In this document: positions 8,812 to 17,507 of the stretch, in pieces | Numbering within the stretch: the first letter of the stretch is position 1 | How the letters are laid out: every line of letters starts with the position of its first letter | Source of the DNA: an uncultured Lachnospiraceae bacterium | GTDB lineage: Bacteria; Bacillota; Clostridia; UBA1381 | NCBI GenBank assembly: GCA_964496015.1 | Contig: CAZBXN010000001.1 | Coordinates: 1 to 45,014 of the forward strand | Length of the DNA stretch: 45,014 nt | Reading direction: 5' to 3' | The notes under the pieces: model-generated | What the model was told of the DNA's origin: nothing | Databases searched by the model: none | The model's input: only the letters and a program-made list of their open reading frames with translations | Program-made: the position numbers and the translations under genes

Positions 8812-9882
8812 TTATTCGTCGATTTTCTGCGTCCAGCCGAACTCGTCTTTAATCTTGCCCCACTGAATACCTGTAAGCGTATCGTAAAGCATCTGTGAAA
8901 CTTCGCCGATTTCGCCGTTGTTTACGGGCATTACAAGCTCGCCGTATTTAAGCTCGCCGATAGGCGAGATAACGGCAGCCGTTCCCGTGCCCCACGCTTC
9001 TTCAAGCTTGCCGTCGTTATATGCGTTTACAAGCTCGTCTATTGAAAGTCTGCGCTCGGAAACTTTATAGCCCTTTGACCGTAAAAGTTCAATAATGGAC
9101 ATTCTTGTGATACCGCCGAGAATTGAACCTACAAGCGCGGGAGTGATAACCTCGCCGTCAATCTTGAAGAATACGTTCATTGAGCCTACTTCCTCGATAT
9201 ACTTTCTCTCTACGCCGTCAAGCCAAAGCGTCTGGATATATCCCTGTTTTTCTGCTTCCTCCTGACCTTTAAGAGAAATAGCGTAGTTTGCGCCCGCCTT
9301 TGTAAAGCCCGTGCCGCCGATAACCGCGCGGACATATTTCTGTTCAACAAAGATTTTAACAGGCTCGATACCGTTCGGATAATACGCGCCGACAGGTGAT
9401 AAAATTATCGCAAAAATAAGATGTTTTGCGGGGTGAACGCCTACGTGAACATCGTTTGCGAAAATGTACGGTCTTATATACAATGACGTTTCGGGAAGCG
9501 AGGGAACCCAGTCCTCGTCAATCTTAACAAGCGTCTTTATCGCTTTAATTGCAAATTCCTCGTCGATTTTCGGAATACATAATCTCTCGCATGATACGTT
9601 CATTCTCGCCATGTTCTTTTCGGGACGGAAAAGCTGAACCGAACCGTCAGCCGTGCGATACGCTTTTAAGCCCTCAAATATTTCCTGCGCGTAATGCAGA
9701 ACCATTGACGCGGGGTCAATCTCAAAGGGACCGTAAGGAACTATTCTCGGGTCATGCCAGCCCTCGCCCTCGTCATAGTTCATAATGAACATATGGTCCG
9801 TATAGTATTTTCCGAAGCCAAGATGCGACCAATCGGACGGCTTTTGCTTCGGATTTGTTGTTTTTGTAATTTTGATTTCCAT
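8812..9882 (-). CDS. ilvE: branched-chain amino acid aminotransferase
   Basis: 356 aa. ..HYAQEIFEGLKAYR..DG...LFRP..N..R.. and ..GTGTAAVISPIG.. fold-type IV PLP motifs. SD AAGAGG upstream. Confidence 0.9.
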   Translation of the reverse strand: MEIKITKTTNPKQKPSDWSHLGFGKYYTDHMFIMNYDEGEGWHDPRIVPYGPFEIDPASMVLHYAQEIFEGLKAYRTADGSVQLFRPEKNMARMNVSCERLCIPKIDEEFAIKAIKTLVKIDEDWVPSLPETSLYIRPYIFANDVHVGVHPAKHLIFAIILSPVGAYYPNGIEPVKIFVEQKYVRAVIGGTGFTKAGANYAISLKGQEEAEKQGYIQTLWLDGVERKYIEEVGSMNVFFKIDGEVITPALVGSILGGITRMSIIELLRSKGYKVSERRLSIDELVNAYNDGKLEEAWGTGTAAVISPIGELKYGELVMPVNNGEIGEVSQMLYDTLTGIQWGKIKDEFGWTQKIDE

Positions 9883-9922
9883 ACTGCACGCCTCTTTTTC
9901 ATTTTATTTTTCGTACCCTTAT

Positions 9923-9951
9923 ATTATAATCCTTTTTCACTGCCTTGTAAA
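9923..9951 (-). promoter_or_regulatory. sigma-A type promoter for ilvE
   Basis: On the minus strand: TTTACA (9946-9951), 17 nt spacer, TATAAT (9923-9928). Leader is about 35 nt. Confidence 0.5.
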
Positions 9952-9991
9952 GTGGTATCGGCAAAAAAATTACAATTTTTTTATATTATGT

Positions 9992-10021
9992 AAAAAAACA
10001 GACGCGGATTATCCGCGTCTG
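9992..10021 (-). terminator. rho-independent terminator downstream of the DUF975 gene
   Basis: On the minus strand: CAGACGCGGA-TAA-TCCGCGTCTG (10 bp stem) followed by TTTTTTT. Confidence 0.75.
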
Positions 10022-10042
10022 AATTATTTTGTTTTATATCTT

Positions 10043-10723
10043 TTAGTTTTCAATAATTATTGTTTCGCCGAAATCTTCAGCCGACGCGATACCCTTTTCA
10101 ATAGCCGTTTCCTTTAATGCAAGGTAGTATTTTGAGAAGGTCGTGCGCATATAGGGCATGAGGAAAAACGTTCCTATTCCTGCCGTAAGTCCCGCAAGCA
10201 GAACCCAACCGATAAACGAAAGACCGAGCACGAAAGCTTCCCATTTATGACCCGCCATTGCCGCTTTTGTAATAGCAAACGCACGCTTGTTGTTCATTGA
10301 CGGATTTTCCGCAAGCATATAATCAATCATGAAATACTGATACATTTTTATTATACCGGGAACAACGAACAGCATTGACCACAGCATAATAAATACAGCC
10401 TGTTTAATCTCTGTCAGTATTACATTACCATAGCCGTTTTTAAATACATGGAACATATCCCCGACCTGAGCGTCCCCGCCCTTGGCAAGCTTTATAAAGT
10501 AGCGTATCAAGCCTACCGAAATCGGAATTTGGAAGAAAAATGTCAGTAGAAGGTTTACAATTGACGATACCGCCTGCGCGTTGTTGCTTGCAAGCAATGT
10601 GACAATACTTACCTGTATTGCCGACAATACCGTAAACAAGAGCGTTACCCCCACCGAGTACCAGTATTTGCCCTGCAAAGACTGCTTTGCCTCCGCCTTA
10701 AATTCAGCACGTGTTTTCATCAT
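10043..10723 (-). CDS. DUF975 family integral membrane protein
   Basis: The track ORF extends to 10864, but the predicted promoter lies inside that extension. The N-terminus M(M)KTRAEFKAEAKQSLQGKYW... is typical of DUF975 as I recall it. ..PGIIKMYQYFMIDYMLAENP.. ..LSFIGW.LL.. also fit. The start is ambiguous among ATGs at 10735, 10723 and 10720. Confidence 0.7.
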   Translation of the reverse strand: MMKTRAEFKAEAKQSLQGKYWYSVGVTLLFTVLSAIQVSIVTLLASNNAQAVSSIVNLLLTFFFQIPISVGLIRYFIKLAKGGDAQVGDMFHVFKNGYGNVILTEIKQAVFIMLWSMLFVVPGIIKMYQYFMIDYMLAENPSMNNKRAFAITKAAMAGHKWEAFVLGLSFIGWVLLAGLTAGIGTFFLMPYMRTTFSKYYLALKETAIEKGIASAEDFGETIIIEN

Positions 10724-10772
10724 AATAATCACCATATCCTTTCTTACATTTGGTAAATAAGCCATCTCTAAC

Positions 10773-10801
10773 ATTTTATCATAATATACGCGTGATGTAA
10801 A
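10773..10801 (-). promoter_or_regulatory. sigma-A type promoter for the DUF975 gene
   Basis: On the minus strand: TTTACA (10796-10801), 17 nt spacer, TAAAAT (10773-10778). Confidence 0.45.
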
Positions 10802-10857
10802 TATATTTATCTGATTTGTAAAAAAGATGTAATGTGTTATTGGCATTATGCGGACTA

Positions 10858-10886
10858 TTGACAAACGGTCGTTTTTCTTATAAAAT
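10858..10886 (+). promoter_or_regulatory. sigma-A type promoter for the autolysin gene (divergent from the DUF975 promoter)
   Basis: TTGACA (10858-10863), 17 nt spacer, TAAAAT (10881-10886). It implies a very short leader. Confidence 0.45.
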
Positions 10887-10903
10887 AACTTACGGTGATG
10901 GAA

Positions 10904-12316
10904 ATGAAAAAATTATTGATATTTATTCTGACGGCGGCTATGCTCGGTACAACCGCATACGGCGCATACACGGTTGACGTTGAGGACAACGCGGGCTATA
11001 AAGTTGATACTGCGGACGAAGAAATAAAGGGATACATAAAGCACGTATGCACATGGGACGCGGTAGAAGCGGAGGAAATCCGCGTAAATACAGAGGATAT
11101 TATTATCCACGCAGACAGTGAAAACCAATCGGCAAAGCTTCGCGCGGAGGTTATGCCGCTTAACACGACTGACAGGGAAATAACTTACTCGTCAAGCAAT
11201 GAGAATATCGCCGCTGTTGACAGCGAGGGCAATATTACGTCATATAATACGGCGGGCAGCGCGGTTATAACGGTAAAAAGCGGCAAGCTTTCAAAACGCT
11301 GTCGCGTAAGAGTTGTAAAGGGTGTAACGAGCGTTACCCTTTCGCAGACCGCTTTACAGATGTACGCCGATAAGCCCGTAACGGCAGTTTTAACGGCTTC
11401 GGTTGAGCCCGGGGACGCGACGATAAAGGACATTACATGGTATTCGGAGGACGCGTCAATCGCGGCTGTGGACGACGACGGAACGGTTACGCCCTGCGGC
11501 GTCGGAAAAACGCTCATAACCGCGAAAAGTGCGGACGGCGGTTTTACCGCGTCCTGCGAGGTGACGGTGGATACATGGGAAAAGCGCACGGAAGAACCCG
11601 AGCTTTTCTATACCGATTATGACATAGGCTTCAATGAAATTGTATCGGCGCAAACGGACGCCGCGCCGACTGTATTTGATACAAAAGCTTCGGACGCGTC
11701 TGCAGCCGACGTAAGGGAATACGCAAATCCGCAGAATTTCACAAAAGACTATAATATTTATCAGTTTTTGAAGCTTTCGGGCTCAAACGGCATTGATACA
11801 CAGACGCTTAACAATTATCTGCTCGGCAAGGGCGTGCTTGAGGGTAAGGGCGGAGCTTTTGCTGACGCGGCGAAAAAATATAACGTAAGCGAAATTTATC
11901 TTGCCGTTCACGCATGTTTAGAGTCGGGAAACGGAATGTCCGAGCTTGCAAACGGCGTTGAAATTAACGGCACAACGGTTTATAACCTGTTCGGAATAGG
12001 CGCGTATGACAGCAATCCCGTGAGCGGAGGCGCGAAATACGCGTATAATCAGGGCTGGACGAGCGTTGACGCGGCAATACGCGGCGGCGCGGAATGGATA
12101 AGCGGAAATTACATATCGGCGGGTCAGGACACGCTTTATAAAATGCGCTGGAATCCCGAAAATCCCGGAACACATCAGTACGCGACCGATGTCGCATGGG
12201 CGTCGAAGCAGGCGAAAACGCTTAAAAATATGTTCGGAGCGTTCCCGTCGGCAAAGCTGACGTTTGAGTTTCCGATTTACAAAAATCAGCCCGAGCCGAA
12301 TATTAAATTTAATTGA
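10904..12316 (+). CDS. secreted cell-wall hydrolase: two Big_2 Ig-like domains plus a C-terminal GH73 N-acetylglucosaminidase domain
   Basis: Signal peptide MKKLLIFILTAAMLGTTAYGAY. Two repeats ..A.V.P..AT.K.ITW/YSS....IA.VD..G.VT....G.A.IT.KS.. (Big_2). C-terminal ..FADAAKKYNVSEIYLAVHACLESGNG..YNLFGIGAYD..YKMRWNP..HQYATD..WA (glucosaminidase). The start could be 10895, 10898 or 10904. Confidence 0.8.
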   Translation: MKKLLIFILTAAMLGTTAYGAYTVDVEDNAGYKVDTADEEIKGYIKHVCTWDAVEAEEIRVNTEDIIIHADSENQSAKLRAEVMPLNTTDREITYSSSNENIAAVDSEGNITSYNTAGSAVITVKSGKLSKRCRVRVVKGVTSVTLSQTALQMYADKPVTAVLTASVEPGDATIKDITWYSEDASIAAVDDDGTVTPCGVGKTLITAKSADGGFTASCEVTVDTWEKRTEEPELFYTDYDIGFNEIVSAQTDAAPTVFDTKASDASAADVREYANPQNFTKDYNIYQFLKLSGSNGIDTQTLNNYLLGKGVLEGKGGAFADAAKKYNVSEIYLAVHACLESGNGMSELANGVEINGTTVYNLFGIGAYDSNPVSGGAKYAYNQGWTSVDAAIRGGAEWISGNYISAGQDTLYKMRWNPENPGTHQYATDVAWASKQAKTLKNMFGAFPSAKLTFEFPIYKNQPEPNIKFN

Positions 12317-12345
12317 ATTTTATAAAATAAATATCGCTCCCGTTC

Positions 12346-13881
12346 TTACAGAAGGGGAGCGATTATTTTGAGCGCGCGTCCGAAAAGACGCGCAAAAATA
12401 TTCATTTTCTTGTATTCTTCCATTGTAATTTCCATACAGCTTGCAAGCGTTTCGTTAAAATCGTTTTCCATATCCAAAATTGCGGGAACGTCAAGCATAT
12501 ACGCCGCACATTCGTAATGAAGATACAGGCTTCGGTAGTCGTGATTTATCGTGCCGACAATCGCGCGTTTTCCGTCGGAAACCGACATTTTTGCGTGGAC
12601 GAAGCCGGGAATATACTCGTAAATTTTAATTCCCGCCCGCAGAAGCATGGGATAATATGTCCGCGCAAGCCAGAATGCGTACGGCTTATCGGGAATATGC
12701 GGCATGATGATTTTTACGTCAACGCCGCGCTCGGCTGCGTATTTCATTGCCTCGTAAAGCGCGTTGTCCACTACGAGATACGGCGTCATTATATAGACAT
12801 AGTCCTTTGCGCTGTTGAGGTTTTCTATATACGCCTGTTTTCCGACATACACGTTATCAAGCGGACTGTCGCCGAACGGCGTGACAAATCCCGACGCGTT
12901 TACGCCAAAGCTCTCTGACGGCGTGAGGTATTTTCCGTAATTCTCCGCTTTTTCCTCCGCGGCAATATTCCACATTTCAAGAAACATTCCCGTAAACCCT
13001 GCCGCGGCGTCGCCCGTAAGCATAATTCCGCAGTCCTTCCAGTGACCGAACCGCTCATGCTCGTTTATATATTCGTCCGCGAGGTTTATTCCGCCCGTAA
13101 ACGCGCATTTTCCGTCAATTACCATGATTTTTCTGTGGTCACGGTTATTCTGGTATGTCGAAAGCAGCAGCTGAATAGGTGAAAAGACGGCGCATTTTAT
13201 GCCGTGCTTCTTTAAATCCTCGGGATAACCGCGCGGAAGAGTTGTCATACAGCCCATGCCGTCATACAGCACGCGTACTTCCACGCCTTCTTTGACCTTT
13301 TGCTTTAAAATCGTAAGAATTTCCTTCCACATACGGCTTTGACTGTTTATAATGAAAAATTCGAGAAATATAAAATCCTTCGCCTTTTGCAGTTCTCTTT
13401 TCATGTCCTCAAACATGTAGTCGCCGAGCGGATAATATTTGACGGCTGTGTTTTTATATGCGGGAGCGCCGCCGTATTTTGCAAGATATTTTATAAAGCA
13501 CGCTTTTTCGTCCGTTTCCTCGATTTCATCAAGAATTTCGCCGCTTTGCTTAAAATAAGGCTCAAGGCGCGTTTTGGTGCTTTTGTACGCCTGCTGCATA
13601 CTTTTTGAAATAAAGCCCGCGCGCGTATAGAGATAAAAAAGCGCGCCGAAAATCGGGATAATCGAAATAATGATTACCCATGTCAGCTTAAACGAAGGCT
13701 CGTCGTCGCGGTTTATTTCATGAATTATAAGCGTCAGCTTTAAAATAACAGACGCGCTCATGAAATATTTGCTGTAACCGTCAAGCCACACATATCCGAC
13801 GGCAAGCACCGCTATCTGTGTAAGCAGCATGACGAACGCAAAAAATTTATTTGAATATATAAGCTTAAAAAATCGTTTCAT
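12346..13881 (-). CDS. cls: cardiolipin synthase (two PLD/HKD domains)
   Basis: 511 aa with two N-terminal TM spans. HKD motifs HRKIMVIDGKCAFTGGINLADEY and HAKMSVSDGKRAIVGTINHDYRS. Confidence 0.9.
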   Translation of the reverse strand: MKRFFKLIYSNKFFAFVMLLTQIAVLAVGYVWLDGYSKYFMSASVILKLTLIIHEINRDDEPSFKLTWVIIISIIPIFGALFYLYTRAGFISKSMQQAYKSTKTRLEPYFKQSGEILDEIEETDEKACFIKYLAKYGGAPAYKNTAVKYYPLGDYMFEDMKRELQKAKDFIFLEFFIINSQSRMWKEILTILKQKVKEGVEVRVLYDGMGCMTTLPRGYPEDLKKHGIKCAVFSPIQLLLSTYQNNRDHRKIMVIDGKCAFTGGINLADEYINEHERFGHWKDCGIMLTGDAAAGFTGMFLEMWNIAAEEKAENYGKYLTPSESFGVNASGFVTPFGDSPLDNVYVGKQAYIENLNSAKDYVYIMTPYLVVDNALYEAMKYAAERGVDVKIIMPHIPDKPYAFWLARTYYPMLLRAGIKIYEYIPGFVHAKMSVSDGKRAIVGTINHDYRSLYLHYECAAYMLDVPAILDMENDFNETLASCMEITMEEYKKMNIFARLFGRALKIIAPLL

Positions 13882-13913
13882 TCCTATGACCTTTCATAAA
13901 ATTAAGGCTGGAC

Positions 13914-14435
13914 TTATCGCAGCTTTTTTATATGAGCGAAGGTTTTTTCCTCGCCCTCTCTTTGGAGCATTAAGAGCCATTCCTCCAGCAGCGCCGCCGT
14001 TTTGGGGTGCATGAAGGCTTTGCCGTTGCCGTTTAAAAAGTAGTTTATCGGATTGTCGTTTGTGTAGTTTTTGCCGAGATAGATTTTGCCCGCCGCGACG
14101 CGGTCGCAGAACATCTCCTTTACGTATTTGAGCGGCATTTCCACGGGCTCGATTTTGCGCGTTTTCGGGTTATAATCCGTCCAGTATTCGTAATGGTGCT
14201 TGTTTCTGCCCTTGTGGTGTATCCATGCGGAAGAATAGCCGCGCTGTCTGCGTTCCGCTTCCGTGGGGCTTTTGTCGCCCTGATAGAACCGCGCGCCCGC
14301 GAAAAATTCAGACGGACTGTATTTCGACAAATCATGCCGTAAGCCCTGCCATAGTATTCCCGTTTTCGCAGCGTGATATATCACGAGATGACGGTGTTTT
14401 GTAATTGTCGCAAAATGCTTGAAAAAATGCCACAT
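13914..14435 (-). CDS. small HD-like protein of unknown function (DUF5662-like; often mis-annotated as catalase)
   Basis: The ATG at 14433-14435 (MWHFFKHFATITKHRH...) is preceded by GGAGGA 9 nt upstream. The track N-terminal extension overlaps the predicted promoter. ..GLRHDLSKYSPSEF.. ..HHKGRNKHHYEYW.. Family recalled from memory. Lies 32 nt upstream of cls with no terminator between them. Confidence 0.55.
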   Translation of the reverse strand: MWHFFKHFATITKHRHLVIYHAAKTGILWQGLRHDLSKYSPSEFFAGARFYQGDKSPTEAERRQRGYSSAWIHHKGRNKHHYEYWTDYNPKTRKIEPVEMPLKYVKEMFCDRVAAGKIYLGKNYTNDNPINYFLNGNGKAFMHPKTAALLEEWLLMLQREGEEKTFAHIKKLR

Positions 14436-14502
14436 CTGCCGTTTTCCTCCAATGATTTCCCTATTTTTCGGATATTGGAAAAACAGGATTAAATATGTTA
14501 AT

Positions 14503-14531
14503 ATTATAACACTTGTTGTCAAATGTGTCAA
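14503..14531 (-). promoter_or_regulatory. sigma-A type promoter for the DUF5662-like gene and cls
   Basis: On the minus strand: TTGACA (14526-14531), 17 nt spacer, TATAAT (14503-14508). Confidence 0.55.
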
Positions 14532-14590
14532 TGTGTAAACCGACGCGTGCATAGGGATAAAAACTTACTTCGGATTAAAAGAAACGGATA

Positions 14591-14619
14591 TTGACATTTT
14601 GCAGGGAGTTTGATATTAT
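14591..14619 (+). promoter_or_regulatory. sigma-A type promoter (extended -10) for the MFS transporter gene
   Basis: TTGACA (14591-14596), 17 nt spacer, TATTAT (14614-14619) with TG at -15/-14. The TTG of the -35 box is what the ORF track used as a start codon. Confidence 0.6.
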
Positions 14620-14671
14620 CATAACAAGTGCGTATATTATGAAATCTGACACTTACTGTAAGGAGATAAAA

Positions 14672-15823
14672 ATGTATATATTATTGCTGACTGTCATTTA
14701 CATAGCGTTTATAAGCCTTGGTTTGCCCGACTCGCTCTTAGGCTCGGCATGGCCCACAATTCATGCCGAGTTTAATGTGCCGCTGTCGTATATGGGCATG
14801 GTTTCCATGATAATATCGGGCGGCACGATTATTTCGGGACTGATGTCGGAACGGCTGACGAAAAAATTCGGGACGGCAGCCGTCACGATTGTGAGTGTAT
14901 TCCTGACCGCGGCGGCAATGTTCGGATTTTCAACCGCGGCACGGTTTTATCAATTATGCCTGTGGGGTATTCCGTATGGCTTGGGCGCGGGCGCGATAGA
15001 CGCTGCGCTTAACAACTATGTCGCGCTTCATTATAATTCGCGGCACATGAGCTGGCTTCACTGCTTCTGGGGTGTGGGAACTATCATCAGTCCCAACATT
15101 ATGGGCTATGCGCTCGCGCTCGGCGCGTGGACAGGCGGATACCGCGCAGTGTCGTATATACAGTTCGGAATACTGCTTATTATGTTTTTGTCAATACCTC
15201 TGTGGAAAATAAATAAAAATGTATCTGACACCGAAAACGGCGCGAAACCTCTCGGAATAAAAGGCGCGCTTAAAATAAGGGGCGTCGCGTATCTTCTTAT
15301 CGGGTTTATGGCGTACTGCTCGGCAGAAGCTACGGCAATGCTGTGGGCGAGCAGTTTTCTGGAAGGCGTTCGCGGCGCGACAAAGGAACAGGCGGCAGCG
15401 TTCGGCGCGCTGTTCTTTATCGGGATAACCGCCGGACGGTTTTTGGCGGGATTTATTTCCGATAAACTGGGCGACAATAAAATGGTACGGCTCGGCGCGG
15501 GGATTGCGCTGTGCGGCGTCGCGTGTCTTGTTCTGCCGTTTAAAATCATGTCAATAGCGGGTTTTATCGTGATTGGACTTGGATGCGCGCCTGTTTATCC
15601 GTGTATTATTCATTCCACGCCGTATAATTTCGGGGCTGAAAATTCGCAGGCGATTATCGGTATTCAAATGGCAAGCGCGTATGTCGGCTCGACATTTATG
15701 CCGCCCGTGTTCGGATTGCTCGCAAATCATATAAGTCTGAAGCTTATGCCCGTGTATCTTGCATTTTTCCTTGTGCTACTGCTTGTTATGATTTCAAAGA
15801 CGGAAAAAGTATGCAGAAGATAG
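14672..15823 (+). CDS. MFS transporter
   Basis: The ATG at 14672 is preceded by AGGAG (14661-14665). 383 aa with about 12 hydrophobic spans. Starts MYILLLTVIYIAFISLGLPDSLLGSAWP.. and has loop motifs ..GRFLAGFISDKLG.. typical of MFS. Confidence 0.8.
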   Translation: MYILLLTVIYIAFISLGLPDSLLGSAWPTIHAEFNVPLSYMGMVSMIISGGTIISGLMSERLTKKFGTAAVTIVSVFLTAAAMFGFSTAARFYQLCLWGIPYGLGAGAIDAALNNYVALHYNSRHMSWLHCFWGVGTIISPNIMGYALALGAWTGGYRAVSYIQFGILLIMFLSIPLWKINKNVSDTENGAKPLGIKGALKIRGVAYLLIGFMAYCSAEATAMLWASSFLEGVRGATKEQAAAFGALFFIGITAGRFLAGFISDKLGDNKMVRLGAGIALCGVACLVLPFKIMSIAGFIVIGLGCAPVYPCIIHSTPYNFGAENSQAIIGIQMASAYVGSTFMPPVFGLLANHISLKLMPVYLAFFLVLLLVMISKTEKVCRR

Positions 15824-15835
15824 ATTATAAATAAT

Positions 15836-15874
15836 AAAAAAGCGTTATACCGTGTATGCGGTATAACGCTTTTT
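15836..15874 (+). terminator. rho-independent terminator after the MFS gene
   Basis: 12 bp stem AGCGTTATACCG (15841-15852) / CGGTATAACGCT (15859-15870), flanked by AAAAA upstream and TTTT downstream. Confidence 0.8.
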
Positions 15875-15878
15875 ATGA

Positions 15879-15907
15879 TTGACATTTCGGCGAAAGTTTG
15901 ATATGAT
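15879..15907 (+). promoter_or_regulatory. sigma-A type promoter (extended -10) for the deacetylase-like gene
   Basis: TTGACA (15879-15884), 17 nt spacer, TATGAT (15902-15907) with TG at -15/-14. The track ORF start is again the -35 TTG. Confidence 0.55.
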
Positions 15908-15944
15908 AGAAAAAACGCTGTTTTTGTCGAAAGGATGGTTAATT

Positions 15945-17309
15945 TTGAAAAAGGTACTTATAATGATTTTGATATTTGTCATCGCGGCGGTTCTCGGAGT
16001 CGGCGGGGCATATGCGTACAGCAGAATTACGGATATGTGCAATAAGGAAATCGAAGCGGCGGTCAGCGAAGCGGAGGGCTATGTCGCAGAAGGGGATTTC
16101 TATAACGCGATTTGCACTTACGACCAGAGCATGAAATATGATTTACATAAAACGCTTGCAAATCGGAGAAAGGAAACCTTTAAGGTTTTCGCGTCGCAGC
16201 TTATGGACTCGTCCTATGATTTAATCCGTCAGGGAAATTACACCGAAGCCGTAAAAACTCTCGGCGCGGCGGCTGTGGTTGACAAGGGCGATTACGCCGA
16301 TTTTACAAGTCTGTACAAAACATGCGACGAATTTCAGAACAGCAGTGTTTATACGGGCGAAATTACAAGCATTACTTTCCGCCCTGCTATTGCGTATCCC
16401 GACAAGGCGTTTGACGGCGACGACATGCAGGAGTTTATGACGAACGCATTTGTTACCGCAGGCGAATTTGAGAAAACGCTTAAAAAATTCTATGAAAACG
16501 GCTATGTGCTTACGGATATACACAATATTTACGGCGTGGACGGGAACGGCGCGGTGTACAAAAAAGATTTATATGTCCCCAACGGCAAAAAACCGCTGAT
16601 TTTGTGGATTGACGACTTGAATTACTACGATTTTATGAGACAGAACGGCATGGTTACGGGTATGGAGGTAGGCGGCGACGGCAAAACGATAGTGTCGTAT
16701 ACGGACACGTCCGACGGCAGAGTTTATTCGGATAACAATGACGTTGTGCCGATAGTTGACAGAATGGTAAAGGAGCACCCGGATTTTTCGTGGGGACTCG
16801 CAAAAGGAACGGTCGCGCTTACGGCGTATGAGGGCGTTTTGGGTTTCAGAACCAACGAAAAGGACACGCCCGAATACGAAACAAATCTTACAAACGCGCG
16901 TCATTTGGCAGAGGTTATGAAAGCAGAGGGCTGGAGTTTTGCATGTAAGGGCTACGGCGATATAAATCCTGCCGAAATGAGCGCGGAGGATTTTTACGCA
17001 GACCTTGACGCGTGGATACATGAAGCGGGAGCGGTTGTCGGCGCGACGGATATTTACGCGTACCCGGCAGAGGCGGTTCCCGATGAAAATGACGAAAAAG
17101 TTCAGTATATGATGAAACAGAATTTCCGGCTGTTTTGCAGCTTGAGCGACACTGCCGCGTTTACGGTAAATCCGCCGTCATATGCGGCTGTAAACCGCAG
17201 GCTGATTGACGGCTCGGTGCTTGCGAATAACTGGCTTAGCGATATAGCCGATTTTTCGGGCGCGGCGGACGAAACCATTCGCGGCACGGCGGAAGGTAAG
17301 ACGGAATAA
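15945..17309 (+). CDS. membrane-anchored extracellular protein, polysaccharide deacetylase-like (NodB/CE4-related; tentative)
   Basis: The TTG at 15945 lies 9 nt downstream of AAAGGA and gives MKKVLIMILIFVIAAVLGVGGAYAY (signal anchor). The central ..ITFRPAIAYPDKAF.. ..GKKPLILWIDDLNYYDFM.. ..VPIVD..V..HPDFS... resembles the long polysaccharide-deacetylase family of Firmicutes, from memory only. Confidence 0.4.
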   Translation: MKKVLIMILIFVIAAVLGVGGAYAYSRITDMCNKEIEAAVSEAEGYVAEGDFYNAICTYDQSMKYDLHKTLANRRKETFKVFASQLMDSSYDLIRQGNYTEAVKTLGAAAVVDKGDYADFTSLYKTCDEFQNSSVYTGEITSITFRPAIAYPDKAFDGDDMQEFMTNAFVTAGEFEKTLKKFYENGYVLTDIHNIYGVDGNGAVYKKDLYVPNGKKPLILWIDDLNYYDFMRQNGMVTGMEVGGDGKTIVSYTDTSDGRVYSDNNDVVPIVDRMVKEHPDFSWGLAKGTVALTAYEGVLGFRTNEKDTPEYETNLTNARHLAEVMKAEGWSFACKGYGDINPAEMSAEDFYADLDAWIHEAGAVVGATDIYAYPAEAVPDENDEKVQYMMKQNFRLFCSLSDTAAFTVNPPSYAAVNRRLIDGSVLANNWLSDIADFSGAADETIRGTAEGKTE

Positions 17310-17332
17310 ACGGACAGACGGCTTGTTTATAC

Positions 17333-17370
17333 AAAAAAACGGCATGAAACGAAAGTTTCATGCCGTTTTT
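17333..17370. terminator. bidirectional rho-independent terminator (deacetylase-like gene / tRNA-Thr)
   Basis: AAAAAAA-CGGCATGAAAC-GAAA-GTTTCATGCCG-TTTTT. Abuts the 3' CCA of the convergent tRNA. Confidence 0.75.
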
Positions 17371-17445
17371 GGAGCTAACGAGCGGAGTCGAACCGCCGAC
17401 CTCTTCATTACCAATGAAGTGCTCTGCCTACTGAGCTACGTCAGC
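17370..17445 (-). tRNA. tRNA-Thr (anticodon GGU), CCA encoded
   Basis: The reverse complement is GCTGACGTAGCTCAGTAGGCAGAGCACTTCATTGGTAATGAAGAGGTCGGCGGTTCGACTCCGCTCGTTAGCTCCA. It folds with a 7 bp acceptor stem, D arm GCTC/GAGC, anticodon stem CTTCA/TGAAG with loop TTGGTAA, and a T arm with TTCGACT loop. Confidence 0.93.
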
Positions 17446-17459
17446 GAAAGTACTCATAT

Positions 17460-17488
17460 ATTTTAGCATATACAAGTTTCAAAGTCAA
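17460..17488 (-). promoter_or_regulatory. sigma-A type promoter for tRNA-Thr
   Basis: On the minus strand: TTGACT (17483-17488), 17 nt spacer, TAAAAT (17460-17465). About 15 nt upstream of the mature tRNA 5' end. Confidence 0.6.
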
Positions 17489-17507
17489 TCCTTATTTGAA
17501 AACATTT

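Noticed and set aside
9883-9991. T-box or other leader riboswitch upstream of ilvE
   Set aside because: The leader downstream of the predicted promoter is only about 35 nt. The whole spacer is about 110 nt and has no specifier or terminator architecture.
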